37,134 nucleotides of DNA from an uncultured delta proteobacterium (GTDB lineage Bacteria > Desulfobacterota > Desulfuromonadia > Geobacterales > DSM-12255). Under the pieces are notes generated by a model. That model worked only from the letters and a program-made list of their open reading frames with translations. It was not told the origin of the DNA and did no database searches. The position numbers and the translations under genes are program-made. The stretch lies in NCBI GenBank assembly GCA_963787125.1, contig CAWBBV010000021.1, forward strand, positions 1 through 37,134, read 5' to 3'. Positions 26,423-37,134 of the stretch are shown here, piece by piece. The stretch's first letter is position 1, and each line of letters begins with the position of its first letter.

Positions 26423-28516
26423 ATGGCAAAGCATACTGTAGAAATTGAATTTGGCGGTCGCACACTATCAATCGAAACCGGTCGCATGGCAAAACAGGCA
26501 AACGGATCTGTTGTTGTAAGATCTGGCGACACAATGGTGCTGGTAACAGCAGTGGCATCCAAATCTGCAAAAGAGGGGCAGGATTTCTTCCCTCTTACCG
26601 TAAATTATCAGGAAAAAGCTTATGCAGGCGGCAAGATTCCCGGCGGTTTTTTCAAGCGTGAAGCACGTCCTTCTGACAATGAAACCCTTACCTGTCGTCT
26701 CATTGACAGGCCTATCCGTCCACTGTTTCCTGAAACATTCCTCAACGATACCCAGATTATGGCTACCGTTATCTCTGCGGACAAGGATAATGATCCTGGC
26801 ATCCTCTCAATGATTGGTGCTTCAGCGGCCCTTGAAGTTTCTGATATTCCATTTTTCGGACCAATCGCTGGCGTAAAAGTCGGGCGGGTAAATGGTGAAT
26901 TCATTGCAAATCCTACTGCTGAGCAGCTTGAACTAAGCGATATGGAAATTATCGTGGCAGCCAGCCGTGATGCCATCTGCATGGTTGAAGGTGGAGCAAA
27001 GGAACTTTCTGAAGATATCATGCTTGACGCAATCTTCTTCGGCCACAAGGCGATTCAACCTATACTTGACGCTCAGGAAGAGCTCAAGGCAAAAGCTGGT
27101 GTGCCAAAACGTGAAGTTATTCTTCCAGTTGTCGATACAGAACTGAAAAGCAAGGTTTCCGAACTTGCCTATTCCCGCATCAAAGACGCTGTTCGTATTG
27201 TTTCCAAGCAGGAGAGGCATAAAGCTATAGATACGGTCATTGATGAGACAATTACTGCCCTCTCTGAGAATTTTGCCGGGAGAAATAAGGAAATTAAAGG
27301 TTTTGTCGGCGATTTTGAATATGAACTTGTCCGTCTGAATATAATTAAAGACGGTGAGAGAATTGACGGTCGCGATACCAAAACAGTCAGACCAATTACA
27401 ACCGAAGTTGGAATTCTACCACGGGTTCACGGTTCGGCTCTTTTTACCCGCGGTGAGACTCAAGCTCTTGTCGCTGCAACACTTGGCACCTCCTATGATG
27501 AGCAGCGGATTGATTCTCTTTATGGCGAGAGTAAGAAAAAATTCCTCCTTCATTACAATTTCCCTCCATTTTCAGTCGGTGAAACCAGCTTCCGCCTCGG
27601 ACCTGGGCGGAGAGAGATTGGTCACGGTGCCTTGGCAGAGCGTGCGCTCTCTGCTGTGTTGCCAAGCCATGACAGTTTCCCGTATACAATCCGGATTGTC
27701 TCCGAAACTCTGGAAAGCAACGGTTCATCCTCAATGGCTGCTATCTGCGGTGGCTCACTCTCCATGATGGACGCCGGTATTCCGATCAAGGCTCCTGTAG
27801 CCGGTATCGCCATGGGGCTTATCAAGGAAGGGGCAGATGTGGCTATCCTTTCTGATATTCTCGGTGATGAAGATCATCTTGGCGACATGGATTTTAAGGT
27901 TGCCGGAACGGCAGAAGGTGTCACCGCCCTGCAGATGGATATCAAAATCACCGGTGTTTCCCGGGAGATAATGAAAAAGGCTCTGGCGCAGGCTCGTGAA
28001 GGACGTCTGCATATTCTCGGGAAAATGGCCGAGACAATTGATGCTACCCGTCCTGATATGTCTTCTTATGCACCGCGTATTACGACTATCTATGTTAAAA
28101 CTGATAAAATCAGGGACGTTATCGGTACCGGCGGCAAAAACATCCGTAATATCACTGAGACAACCGGCGTTGTTGTTGACATTGACGATACCGGTCGGAT
28201 CAATATTTCCAGTACTGATAAAGCTGCCTGTGACCTCGCCATCAAGATGATACGTGACCTCACTTCTGAAGCCGAAGAGGGCAAACTCTATATGGGGACA
28301 GTCAAAAAGATCATGGATTTTGGTGCTTTTGTCGAAATATTCGCTGGCACAGACGGACTTGTGCATATTTCCGAACTCGATACAGAGCGCGTGAAAAATG
28401 TCTCCGATGTACTCAAAGAAGGGGATAAAGTTCTAGTGAAATGCATTGGTGTAGATAAGCAGGGGAAGATAAAACTCTCCCGTAAAGAGGCTCTCGGCGC
28501 GACTCTTGCTGAATAG
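26423..28516 (+). CDS. pnp: Polyribonucleotide nucleotidyltransferase (PNPase)
   Basis: [41 protein letters not shown] and S1 domains. Confidence 0.98.
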   Translation: MAKHTVEIEFGGRTLSIETGRMAKQANGSVVVRSGDTMVLVTAVASKSAKEGQDFFPLTVNYQEKAYAGGKIPGGFFKREARPSDNETLTCRLIDRPIRPLFPETFLNDTQIMATVISADKDNDPGILSMIGASAALEVSDIPFFGPIAGVKVGRVNGEFIANPTAEQLELSDMEIIVAASRDAICMVEGGAKELSEDIMLDAIFFGHKAIQPILDAQEELKAKAGVPKREVILPVVDTELKSKVSELAYSRIKDAVRIVSKQERHKAIDTVIDETITALSENFAGRNKEIKGFVGDFEYELVRLNIIKDGERIDGRDTKTVRPITTEVGILPRVHGSALFTRGETQALVAATLGTSYDEQRIDSLYGESKKKFLLHYNFPPFSVGETSFRLGPGRREIGHGALAERALSAVLPSHDSFPYTIRIVSETLESNGSSSMAAICGGSLSMMDAGIPIKAPVAGIAMGLIKEGADVAILSDILGDEDHLGDMDFKVAGTAEGVTALQMDIKITGVSREIMKKALAQAREGRLHILGKMAETIDATRPDMSSYAPRITTIYVKTDKIRDVIGTGGKNIRNITETTGVVVDIDDTGRINISSTDKAACDLAIKMIRDLTSEAEEGKLYMGTVKKIMDFGAFVEIFAGTDGLVHISELDTERVKNVSDVLKEGDKVLVKCIGVDKQGKIKLSRKEALGATLAE

Positions 28517-28538
28517 CATTTAGTCTGATGTTTCATTG

Positions 28539-28566
28539 AAGGCGGCGTAACAGCCGCCTTTTTTTT
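28539..28566 (+). terminator. pnp terminator
   Basis: AAGGCGGC-gtaaca-GCCGCC followed by TTTTTTTT. Confidence 0.85.
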
Positions 28567-28624
28567 GGCCTTTAATATTTAGCGCATCCCTTGCGTAATA
28601 CTCATCACCGGATATAATCAACTC

Positions 28625-29881
28625 ATGGTAAACAGAACTCTCCTTCCAAACGGTATCAGGGTTATTTCGCAGCGTATTCCTCATGCCTGTTCAGTCACTA
28701 TCGGATTATGGGTAGTTGGTGGCTCAAGACAGGAGCAACCCGAGTTTAGCGGGGTATCTCATTTCATTGAGCATCTCCTTTTCAAAGGTACAGAGAAAAG
28801 GAGTTCGTTTGAGATAGCTCGTGAGATTGATTCCATGGGCGGATTTATCAACGCCTTTACCGGTCGGGAGTTCGTCTGTTACTACGCAAAAGTACTGTCT
28901 GATTTTTTCCCTAAGGCGCTTGATATTCTTGCTGATATTTTTCTTAACTCCCAGTTCCCTGAAGACGAAATAGAAAATGAACGTAAAGTTATCCTGCAGG
29001 AAATTAAAATGCTGGAAGATAACCCGGACGATCAGCTTCACGAACTCTTTCATCGTCTATTCTGGAGTAAACATCAGCTCGGGATGCCTATAATCGGCAG
29101 TGTAGAGTCTGTTGAAGGGATGTCGAGAGATTTTCTCGTCAATTACAAGAATGAATCATATCGTGCCGGTGACATTATTATTTCAGCTGCGGGCAACCTG
29201 GAACATATCCATCTGGTAGAGCTTCTCTCTGCATATTTTCATTCTGTCCCAGGCGGGAGCAGTCGTATTCTCTCAGCACCTCCACTTTACACAAAGAAAT
29301 TTTCAAAGGATCAAAGGGAACTTGAACAGGTTCTTTTTTCACTCGGAACAAAAGGCCTCCCTCAGAATCACCCTGGCAGATACGACTTGCTGATTCTTAA
29401 CACTATTCTTGGCGGTAGCATGAGTTCGAGGCTTTTTCAGGAAATAAGGGAGAAAGAGGGGCTTGCTTACTCAATTTATTCTTTCCTTGAATCACATTCA
29501 GATACTGGAGCTTTCGTGATTTCCGCCGGGACTACTGCTGACAAGTTTTCCAAAGTCATGGACATCGTGCAGAGAGAGCTTCGGCGACTCAAGTGTGAAC
29601 CACTGTTACCTGAGTTACTTTCATCAGCAAGAGAGCAGCTGAAAGGTAATATTCTTCTTTCTCTTGAGAGTAGCGATAATATTATGTCAAAACTTGCTAA
29701 AAATGAGATATATTTAGGCGGTTATCAGTCAATTGAACAAGTGATCGCCGGTTTCTCTGCTGTTACAGGTGAGACAATTCTTGATCTTTGTAATGAAATA
29801 TTTGATGATAAGTTTTTCACACTTCAACTGCTAGGCAGTATGTCTGAGATTGGTTTTGAATCAGCAGACATCACTATCTGA
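28625..29881 (+). CDS. M16B (pitrilysin-family) zinc peptidase
   Basis: [11 protein letters not shown] (HxxEH), [27 protein letters not shown]. Confidence 0.93.
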   Translation: MVNRTLLPNGIRVISQRIPHACSVTIGLWVVGGSRQEQPEFSGVSHFIEHLLFKGTEKRSSFEIAREIDSMGGFINAFTGREFVCYYAKVLSDFFPKALDILADIFLNSQFPEDEIENERKVILQEIKMLEDNPDDQLHELFHRLFWSKHQLGMPIIGSVESVEGMSRDFLVNYKNESYRAGDIIISAAGNLEHIHLVELLSAYFHSVPGGSSRILSAPPLYTKKFSKDQRELEQVLFSLGTKGLPQNHPGRYDLLILNTILGGSMSSRLFQEIREKEGLAYSIYSFLESHSDTGAFVISAGTTADKFSKVMDIVQRELRRLKCEPLLPELLSSAREQLKGNILLSLESSDNIMSKLAKNEIYLGGYQSIEQVIAGFSAVTGETILDLCNEIFDDKFFTLQLLGSMSEIGFESADITI

Positions 29882-29895
29882 GATTTGACCAAAAG

Positions 29896-30348
29896 ATGAC
29901 TCAGTTAAAAATTGCAATAAAACGCATCCGTCCTGGAGCAGAAATACCTCTTCCTTGTTACATGACTTCACATTCGGCTGGCATGGATCTTTATGCGGAT
30001 CTGGTTGAGGATGTCGTACTCACTCCCGGTGCTCGTATGCTCATTCCTACAGGTATAGCGATAGCCCTTCCAGATGGCTATGAAGCTCAGATTAGACCTC
30101 GAAGCGGTCTTGCGCTCAAGTACGGGATCTCTTTGGTGAACTCGCCAGGAACAATCGACTCTGATTTTCGCGGCGAGATAGGAGTGATCATAATCAATCA
30201 CGGTACTGAGCCTTTTCTGATCAAACGTGGCGAGCGGGTCGCACAGATGATTGTCAGTCACTTTACAAGGGTTGCATGGCTGGAAACAACTGAACTTGAA
30301 AATACTTGCCGCGGTGATGGCGGTTTCGGACATACAGGGAGAATTTAA
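29896..30348 (+). CDS. dut: dUTP diphosphatase
   Basis: [35 protein letters not shown]. Confidence 0.97.
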   Translation: MTQLKIAIKRIRPGAEIPLPCYMTSHSAGMDLYADLVEDVVLTPGARMLIPTGIAIALPDGYEAQIRPRSGLALKYGISLVNSPGTIDSDFRGEIGVIIINHGTEPFLIKRGERVAQMIVSHFTRVAWLETTELENTCRGDGGFGHTGRI

Positions 30349-31461
30349 GTGAAAGATCCACGTGTAACTGAATGGGCAGAAGTTCTAATCAACTACTCGA
30401 CTAAAGTGAAGCATGGTGATGTAGTTCTCATTTCTGCCGGAGGAATCGAGGCGCTGCCTCTTGTTAAGGAGCTTTACCGGCTCTGCCTTGCAAAAGGGGC
30501 GAAGTATGTTGAGTATGAGTTCTCAGTTCCGGAAATCAACCGGCAATTTTATAACTCGGCAAAATCGGAGCAGCTTTCCTACTTTCCACAACACAAACTT
30601 GACTTTATGAAGCAGGTAACGGTTTTCATTGCCATAGGCGCTGCAGATAACTCCATGGTAATGGCTCAGGCTAATCAGGCAAATATGATTGCTTACGCTA
30701 AACTCACCCGGCCTATAGTCGACCAGAGAGTAAAGCATACACGCTGGGTCGTTACCCGCTACCCGACGCACGGCGGTGCACAGGAAGCAAGAATGAGTCT
30801 GGAAGAGTATGAAGATTATGTACTCTCCTCATGCTGTATTGACTGGAACATTGAATCTAAAAAGCAGGAAAAACTTAAAAAGCTTATGGATAGGGCTGAT
30901 AAGGTGAAAATCAAAGCCTCTGACACAGACCTCTCATTCAGTATAAAAGGATTGAACGGGATTAAGTGTGACGGGCGTTACAATATCCCTGACGGGGAGG
31001 TTTTTACTGCGCCAGTTAAAGACTCTGTCGAGGGGTATATTACCTATAATTGCCCAACAATATATCAAGGGAAGGAGTTCAATGGCATCAGACTGGAATT
31101 CTCTGCCGGCAAGATTATAAAGGCCGACTCAGGGACCATGACAGCTGATCTCAACAAGATTCTTGACACTGATGAGGGGGCTCGCTATATCGGTGAGTTT
31201 GCAATCGGGGTAAATCCTGGTATTCGCCGTCCCATGAGGAATATTCTCTTCGATGAGAAAATATTCGGTTCGATTCACTTTACTCCGGGGCAATGCTATG
31301 ATGAGTGCAATAATGGTAATCATTCTGCCGTTCATTGGGACATGGTCAAGCTCCTTGTAGGTGATGGCGAAATCTGGTTCGATGATCTTCTCATTCAGAA
31401 AGATGGCCGATTTGTCCATAAGGATCTTCTCCAGCTAAATCCGGCAGACCTGCAATGCTGA
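30349..31461 (+). CDS. Aminopeptidase, M29 (AmpS/AmpT) family
   Basis: NIPDGEVFTAP, IGEFAIG, ILFDEKIFGSIHF, SAVHWDMV. Confidence 0.93.
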   Translation: MKDPRVTEWAEVLINYSTKVKHGDVVLISAGGIEALPLVKELYRLCLAKGAKYVEYEFSVPEINRQFYNSAKSEQLSYFPQHKLDFMKQVTVFIAIGAADNSMVMAQANQANMIAYAKLTRPIVDQRVKHTRWVVTRYPTHGGAQEARMSLEEYEDYVLSSCCIDWNIESKKQEKLKKLMDRADKVKIKASDTDLSFSIKGLNGIKCDGRYNIPDGEVFTAPVKDSVEGYITYNCPTIYQGKEFNGIRLEFSAGKIIKADSGTMTADLNKILDTDEGARYIGEFAIGVNPGIRRPMRNILFDEKIFGSIHFTPGQCYDECNNGNHSAVHWDMVKLLVGDGEIWFDDLLIQKDGRFVHKDLLQLNPADLQC

Positions 31462-32066
31462 TTGTCATCAACCCTGATAATCCGCAACAACGCCTTATCG
31501 AGCAGGTAGCTGAAGTCCTTCGCAATGGCGGAGTCATCGCTTATCCAACCGATACCACCTATGGTATCGGCTGCAGTATTTTCAGTAAAAAGGGTCTTGA
31601 ACGGATCTACCAGATAAAGCAGCGGGAAAAGAAAAAACCATTTTCATTCATCTGTGCGTCTCAGTCTGATGTGGCTAATTATGCAAAGGTCAGCAACTAT
31701 GCCTATAAGCTGATGAAGAGATATTTTCCGGGGCCGTATACCTTCGTGCTTGAAGCGACCCGTATAGTTCCCGATCTTCTTCAGACCAAACAGAAGACTG
31801 TCGGCATCAGGATGCCCGATAATAACATCTGTTCCGCTCTTGTAACGGCTCTTGGTCACCCCATTGTGACTACCAGCGCCAATCTGTCCGGAGAGGAACC
31901 TATCGGTGATCCACGCGAGCTCTATAGCTCTCTCGATCATCAATTGGATATTGTTGTCGATGGCGGAATCCTTTCTCCTGACGTCAGTTCGGTAATCTCC
32001 CTGTTAAATGATACAAGTGTCGTTCTCCGTAAAGGTGTGGGTAATGTAAGCTGGTGCGCGGAGTAG
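31455..32066 (+). CDS. Sua5/YciO/YrdC family protein (threonylcarbamoyl-AMP synthase-like)
   Basis: YPTDTTYGIGC, IKQR, PGPYT, VGIRMP, TTSANLSG. Confidence 0.9.
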   Translation: MLIVINPDNPQQRLIEQVAEVLRNGGVIAYPTDTTYGIGCSIFSKKGLERIYQIKQREKKKPFSFICASQSDVANYAKVSNYAYKLMKRYFPGPYTFVLEATRIVPDLLQTKQKTVGIRMPDNNICSALVTALGHPIVTTSANLSGEEPIGDPRELYSSLDHQLDIVVDGGILSPDVSSVISLLNDTSVVLRKGVGNVSWCAE

Positions 32067-32068
32067 AT

Positions 32069-32425
32069 ATGAGAAAGCGGACCGTAAGAACCGGGTTAAG
32101 GTTCATGATAGCGGCCGTTTCACTGCTATTACTCGGCACTTTTTACAGCCAACAGGTTAATGCAATATTAGCTCTTCCCACTGATGGGGCGCTTGAATTT
32201 GTCAAGCTCGCTCTATTTTGGGGAGGAATACTGGGTGCTGCCGGGGTGGTTATCTTTATTATTGGCCTGATTCGGCGATCTGTAAGTATGGAAAAGATCA
32301 GGCTGACACCAACTTTGTTTCTCTTGGTATTACTGCTGGCGTTATTCTTCACCCTCTTTTACCGGACATTAACTGCGCCGCCAACTCAAAAACCTCTAAG
32401 ACCGGGAGAGACTCTCATCATATGA
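32069..32425 (+). CDS. Small membrane protein with three hydrophobic segments
   Basis: ATG 32069 after GGAG; three TM-like stretches; C-terminus PLRPGETLII; stop overlaps the next start (ATGA). Confidence 0.7.
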   Translation: MRKRTVRTGLRFMIAAVSLLLLGTFYSQQVNAILALPTDGALEFVKLALFWGGILGAAGVVIFIIGLIRRSVSMEKIRLTPTLFLLVLLLALFFTLFYRTLTAPPTQKPLRPGETLII

Positions 32426-34026
32426 AAATCGCTCTTCCAGGGTACAAAGCGCTTCTTTTCTCTACAGCACGGTTTATCGTGATTCTTGCTGTCTCTCTCT
32501 CTGTCGCCACTTTACTTAACCGCGATACCTACAAGGATTTTTACGGCAAAAGACTATTCCGACTCCATACATCAGATCTGAAAACCCTAGCAGATCAGAT
32601 GACGATCAAACTTAATTTTTTCCTTGCCCAACGTGACAGTGAAGGGGTTCAGAACGTACTAGATGCCAGTTTCGGCCTTTTCGGCTTTATTATAACTGAC
32701 TGTAAGACCGTAAACCGCTCCTGTCCGGAGCAGAAAATTCTCTACACTTCATCTTTGTCTTTACCCTGGACCCATCCTCCCGGTGCCGATGATCTCGACT
32801 CAGGATCTTTTGCCGTTCTACGGCGACCCCCAGGACTTTTTCCTGTAAATGGAGCTTCTGACAGCGCAGCTTTTGTCCCCGGAGAAGCACTCGGGCGTTT
32901 GTATGTAATCAGCAATATGCCCCATGATTTTACTTCCGACTATCTTCAGTGGCTGAAAAACCCACTCTCAGATGTAGGAGCCAGACGTTTCTATCTAAGG
33001 ACCAGCTTTGCCTTTCTGGCGGGTGCGTTCATTATATTCATAATTTCTGAGCTTTATTACATGATTTCGCGAAGGCAGAATTCGTTGCTGCGGCGGCGTG
33101 AGGAGGAGCTTAAGCAATCAGTTAACAGGCAGATGAAATTACTGTCCGAGAAGGATGCGCAGATTACCCGGCTTAATGAGCGATCTGGCACCCAGTTTGA
33201 TGCTTATGTTCAGAGGATACGCTCACTCAATCTCAAGGTTAAGGATGAAGAGGAATATCGGGAATTTGCGGAGCAGATAATTTCTGAGCTTGAGCATGAC
33301 AAGGCTCAAGGGGCAGCGAAATACTCGGAAGATCTTGTTGCAGTTCGTCAGGAAATGGAGAGGTTGCAAGAGAAGGTGCTGCAATTTGAGGAAGCGACAA
33401 AGCTGCAGCGCGAATCATCTTACAAAGCCCTCGAAGAAGCAGTCAGGCCTCCTAATTTTTCAAACCAGTTTGAGCAGCGTATTTTTGAAACCATTGCAGC
33501 AAGCCAAAACTACACAAAGGGTGAATGGCGACTTCTCAACAACTTCGATGTTGCCCCTGGCCGTAACTATCGGCAGTTTACCGACTTCATTCTTTTTAAC
33601 GGTGATGCCTTGATAATCCTTGAGGCTAAGTATTATGTCGGCCTTATCGATTCGCCTGGCGACTTCCTTAACGATATCTGGATTAGTACAGGCGGCCTGC
33701 AGAAGAAAAAGATAGAGTGTCTCTGGGGCGAAAATCCTTATCACCAGCTCAATGAATATTCAATGAGCCTGATGAAGATCCTGAAACAGAAAAGCCCCTG
33801 GAACTTTCAGATCTTTGGCGTGATAATCTTTCCTGATGAAGCCGATATCTCCAAAATAGGCGAGCATATCGGCAAGTTTTACCGAATTACCACTGTTTCC
33901 AAGGCCATCGATCTTTTTGAAAACATATTTGCAGAGGCTCGCCGGTTCCAGGCAGCTAAAAACCCGAAACGTCCAAAATGTGAACAGGTTGAAGATATGC
34001 TCCGTGGGCGAAAAATATCTTATTGA
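32422..34026 (+). CDS. Membrane-anchored NERD (PD-(D/E)xK) nuclease-domain protein with extracytoplasmic domain and coiled coil
   Basis: TM1 FIVILAVSLSVATLL, ~170-aa loop, TM2 FAFLAGAFIIFIISELYY, charged helical region, then RQFTDFILF...ILEAKYY...NPYHQ. Confidence 0.8.
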   Translation: MKIALPGYKALLFSTARFIVILAVSLSVATLLNRDTYKDFYGKRLFRLHTSDLKTLADQMTIKLNFFLAQRDSEGVQNVLDASFGLFGFIITDCKTVNRSCPEQKILYTSSLSLPWTHPPGADDLDSGSFAVLRRPPGLFPVNGASDSAAFVPGEALGRLYVISNMPHDFTSDYLQWLKNPLSDVGARRFYLRTSFAFLAGAFIIFIISELYYMISRRQNSLLRRREEELKQSVNRQMKLLSEKDAQITRLNERSGTQFDAYVQRIRSLNLKVKDEEEYREFAEQIISELEHDKAQGAAKYSEDLVAVRQEMERLQEKVLQFEEATKLQRESSYKALEEAVRPPNFSNQFEQRIFETIAASQNYTKGEWRLLNNFDVAPGRNYRQFTDFILFNGDALIILEAKYYVGLIDSPGDFLNDIWISTGGLQKKKIECLWGENPYHQLNEYSMSLMKILKQKSPWNFQIFGVIIFPDEADISKIGEHIGKFYRITTVSKAIDLFENIFAEARRFQAAKNPKRPKCEQVEDMLRGRKISY

Positions 34027-34041
34027 AATGAGGTAAATTGC

Positions 34042-34215
34042 TTGTCTTTAAATATTAAATGTCCAACATGTAAAAAAAATATTCAATGGGCAGATAACCC
34101 CGCCAGACCCTTTTGTTCAGAGCGGTGTCGTACTCTGGATCTAGGCGCTTGGGCCTCAGGTGACTACCGGGTGCCGTGCCGTGATATAACATCACTGGAA
34201 GAGACGGAAGATTAG
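34042..34215 (+). CDS. yacG: DNA gyrase inhibitor YacG (57 aa; below the ORF-track cutoff)
   Basis: TTG start after GAGGT; MSLNIKCPTCKKNIQWADNPARPFCSERCRTLDLGAWASGDYRVP... Confidence 0.92.
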   Translation: MSLNIKCPTCKKNIQWADNPARPFCSERCRTLDLGAWASGDYRVPCRDITSLEETED

Positions 34216-34260
34216 CGTGTTGCAGTAGTTTTATTAAAGTGCTTATTCAAGGAGTAGCAG

Positions 34261-35673
34261 ATGTCGAATATTCGTTTACGTTTCGCCCCGAGCCCGACTG
34301 GTTATCTTCATATCGGTGGAGCGCGTACAGCCCTTTTTAACTGGTTGCTTGCCAGAAAGCAGGGCGGTACCTTCATCCTCCGGATCGAGGACACAGATGT
34401 TGCTCGCTCAACCCAGGAATCAGTTGACGCAATACTGCAAGGAATGGAGTGGCTAGGGCTTGACTGGGACGCCGGCCCCTTTTACCAGTCTGATAATTTT
34501 CCGCTATACAAAGAGAAAGTTCAGCAACTGCTTGCAGAAGGGAAAGCCTATAGATGCTACTGCTCTTCGGAAGAGCTTGAGGCCAAGCGTGAAAAGGCTC
34601 TCAAGGACGGGGGGAAGCCGAAATATGACGGTAAATGTCGTAATCTTGCCGTTGAGGCGGTTGACAAACCTTTCGTTGTCCGCTTCAAGGCGCCGCAGGA
34701 CGGTGTGACAGCTTTCAACGATCTAGTCAAAGGCCCGATCTCTTTCAACAACGATGAGCTTGATGATCTGATCATCCAGAGAACTGACGGCACGCCTACT
34801 TATAACTTCGTAGTTGTCGTCGATGACGCCAGTATGGGGATAACAACCGTTATCCGCGGTGATGACCATGTGAATAATACCCCACGCCAGATACTCCTTT
34901 ATCAGGCCCTGGATGTGCCGGTGCCTCAATTCGCGCATGTACCGATGATTCTCGGTAGTGACAAAACCAGGCTTTCCAAACGCCACGGTGCAACAAGCGT
35001 TATCGCTTATCGTGACATGGGACTGCTCCCCGAAGCGATGATTAATTATCTCGTACGTCTCGGTTGGAGTTGTGGTGATGAAGAGATATTCAGCCGCGAG
35101 GATCTCATTGAAAAATTCACAATTGAAGCCGTTGGTAAATCAGCTGGTGTTTTCAATCCTGATAAACTTCTCTGGCTTAATGCGCATTACATAAAAACCG
35201 GTGATCCCGTGCGACTCTCCGACTTGCTTGTCCCTTTTATGTCTGCACGTGGTGTAGATGCCAGCGCTGGCGGGCCTAAGCTGGTTGCGGTTGTTAAAAC
35301 GCTTCAGGAGCGTTCAAAGACGCTGATTGAGATGGCTGATGGGGCCGTTTTTTATTACACCCCAGAAATAAGCTATGATGAAGAGGCTATCGGCAAACAT
35401 GTCAAACCGGAAACTGCAGGTTATCTGAAGCGGCTTGTGAAGTCACTTGCTGCGGCAACAGAGTTCAGTCATGATGACATCGAGATCGTGTTCAAGGAGG
35501 TATGTGCTGATCTCGGTATTAAAATGGGGCAGGTGGGCCCGGCTGTACGTATTGCTCTTTGCGGGGTTACTGTCTCTCCAGGTATATATGAAGTTATGGA
35601 AGTCCTAGGGAAAGAGGAGATTTGTCGTAGGCTTGATACGGCAACTGCCAGATTTGAAGCGATTCAAGGATAG
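34261..35673 (+). CDS. gltX: Glutamate--tRNA ligase
   Basis: [38 protein letters not shown]. Confidence 0.97.
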   Translation: MSNIRLRFAPSPTGYLHIGGARTALFNWLLARKQGGTFILRIEDTDVARSTQESVDAILQGMEWLGLDWDAGPFYQSDNFPLYKEKVQQLLAEGKAYRCYCSSEELEAKREKALKDGGKPKYDGKCRNLAVEAVDKPFVVRFKAPQDGVTAFNDLVKGPISFNNDELDDLIIQRTDGTPTYNFVVVVDDASMGITTVIRGDDHVNNTPRQILLYQALDVPVPQFAHVPMILGSDKTRLSKRHGATSVIAYRDMGLLPEAMINYLVRLGWSCGDEEIFSREDLIEKFTIEAVGKSAGVFNPDKLLWLNAHYIKTGDPVRLSDLLVPFMSARGVDASAGGPKLVAVVKTLQERSKTLIEMADGAVFYYTPEISYDEEAIGKHVKPETAGYLKRLVKSLAAATEFSHDDIEIVFKEVCADLGIKMGQVGPAVRIALCGVTVSPGIYEVMEVLGKEEICRRLDTATARFEAIQG

Positions 35674-35722
35674 AAATCGATTGACAAGTTATGTAGCTCT
35701 AAGGTAAAAACATAATTCCTTT

Positions 35723-35797
<75 letters not shown>

Positions 35798-35805
35798 AAG
35801 AATAC

Positions 35806-35836
35806 AGGGGTTAGCTCAACAAGCTAACCCCTTTTT
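35806..35836 (+). terminator. tRNA terminator
   Basis: AGGGGTTAGCT-caaca-AGCTAACCCCT followed by TTTT. Confidence 0.8.
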
Positions 35837-35920
35837 ATCTGTTTTACCCCCAATTGTTCTAAACGTTTTCCGCTGTTCTAAATTGTCCTGAATCATCGAT
35901 AGAGTATTTTATCAGAATGC

Positions 35921-36583
35921 CTAACACCTGTCAGTGGTTGTCGTAAAACTCCCAGAGTTATTTCGATTATGAAGCAATTCATAGTGGACGCTGCGCCCCT
36001 TGCCCATACGTTGAAGGATACCCCATTCATACAGCTGGTCCAGTTCACGGAATGCAGTTCCCTTACTGGTATGAGACATTGAAGCGTATTTCTTCGTAGT
36101 AAGTCCACCTTCAAAACTTTCAGGTTCTTCTGCCAGCAAACGGTTGATGACCTTCTTCTGCCGGTCTGTCATCTGCAGATGATCATGCCGGCGCCAGAAT
36201 TCCGACCGGTTGAATACTCCATCGAGAATATCCTCTGACCTTCGGATGGCTCTGGTAAAGCACTCCAGGAACCAGAGCAACCAGGGAGTGATATCGCATG
36301 AACCCTTCTGGCATTGCCCCAGGATAGTGTAATACTCCTCCCTGTCTGCCATGATCTGGGCTGACAGACTATAAGCACGTACCTGTTGCCGGTCATCCTG
36401 TGCCAATGCCATATCAGTAATGGCACGGGCCAGTCGTCCGTTGCCATCGTCAAACGGATGGATAGTTACAAACCAGAAGTGCGCCACCGCTGCCCGAATT
36501 ATTCCTTCAATGTTTCCCTGTCTTTCGTGCCACCACAAAAGAAAAAACTCCATTTCAGTTTCTATCTGGCTGCTTGCCGGCGC
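35921..36583 (-). pseudogene. 3' part of a Fic-family gene (DUF4172-Fic-wHTH type) interrupted by an IS21 element
   Basis: HFWFVTIHPFDDGNGRLAR and a C-terminal wHTH (SKGTAFRELDQL...GKGRSVHY). Fic-like sequence begins abruptly at APASSQ, right at the IS end. Confidence 0.8.
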
Positions 36584-37134
36584 TGTCAAGGACCAGGTTA
36601 ATTTGCCACCCCCAGGATCAAAGTTATTTGCCACTTTAGGATTTTCAGGGGTAGCGTTGTAGTTAATCTGCTGACGGTTTTTGAGGTCTTGTTTTCTTTC
36701 TAAATGACTCTCCTTTCATAGCAATGTGATGAGCCCGGTGTGCCAGTCGGTCCATTGCCGAATTGGCCATCACCTGATCCGGGAAGAGCGACAGCCAGTC
36801 ACCTGGCGGACGGTTTGAAGTGATAATTATAGAGCCTCGCTGGTGGCGTTCGGCAATGATTTCATAGAACTCCTCAGCCTGTGGCATGGTCATGGCGCTG
36901 AGGCCGAAGTCGTCAATTATCAGAAGGTCCGGAGCGAGGAGTTTTCTCAAGGCTTTCTCCCAAGTGCCGTCAGCCCTTGCTGTGTTGAGGTTTCGAAACA
37001 GCTTGGTTCCCTTGATAAACAGGGTGGAATGACCGATGCGACATGCCCGGTTGCCCAGTGCCTGAGCAAGGTGGGTCTTGCCGACTCCTGGCGGGCCGTA
37101 AAGAATCACATGCTCTTTTTCCTGATGAACAGAC
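36584..37134 (-). mobile_element. IS21-family element, istB-proximal end (runs out of the window)
   Basis: Terminal TGTCAAGG at 36584 and two 21-nt internal repeats, AGGACCAGGTTAATTTGCCAC (36589) and AGGATCAAAGTTATTTGCCAC (36614), adjacent to istB. Confidence 0.85.
36663..37134 (-). CDS. istB: IS21 helper ATPase IstB (5' end outside the window)
   Basis: GPPGVGKTHLA, LLIIDDFG, IITSN, AMDRLAH, GESFR. Confidence 0.93.
   Translation of the reverse strand, partial: SVHQEKEHVILYGPPGVGKTHLAQALGNRACRIGHSTLFIKGTKLFRNLNTARADGTWEKALRKLLAPDLLIIDDFGLSAMTMPQAEEFYEIIAERHQRGSIIITSNRPPGDWLSLFPDQVMANSAMDRLAHRAHHIAMKGESFRKKTRPQKPSAD

Noticed and set aside
32218..32421. N-terminal extension of the 602-aa ORF in the track
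   Set aside because: It overlaps the upstream membrane-protein gene in another frame; ATG 32422 (ATGA coupling, followed by a TM segment) is the better start.
35681..35710. sigma70 promoter for the tRNA
   Set aside because: TTGACA is perfect, but there is no convincing -10 at 16-18 nt, so it is not listed as a feature.

Overview
This window looks like a Geobacteraceae-type (Desulfuromonadia) chromosome; that is inferred from the triheme c7 cytochrome, the multicopper lipoprotein and the gene order. It has four blocks. (1) 1-3866 is a visibly GC-richer block with a pyrogallol-transhydroxylase-like Mo-enzyme (large subunit 5'-truncated), its Fe-S subunit and a MarR gene. It is closed off by an intact ISL3 element (3887-5209) that has no target duplication. 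(2) 5.3-13.5 kb holds a probable sigma28-driven, repeat-containing ~400-nt non-coding or micro-ORF transcript, a sigma54/IHF-promoted c7 cytochrome, a DEDDh exonuclease and a multicopper oxidase. These are followed by an ~830-bp gene-free stretch with clustered DnaA boxes and an IHF site (oriC or datA-like candidate, no dnaA in the window), a PliI-AMIN protein, an orphan ParM/StbA actin-like ATPase and a REC-PilZ protein. (3) 13.6-35.8 kb is all on the + strand: aminotransferase, a catalytically degenerate NtrC/NtrX-like regulator, rnr, rimP-nusA-ylxRQ-infB-rbfA-DHH-truB-rpsO-pnp, M16 peptidase, dut, aminopeptidase, YrdC-like, a small membrane protein, a transmembrane receptor-like NERD nuclease, yacG, gltX and tRNA-Gly(CCC). 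(4) After the tRNA is a Fic gene cut by the end of an IS21 element (istB). All calls come from reading motifs by eye; no searches or computations were run.
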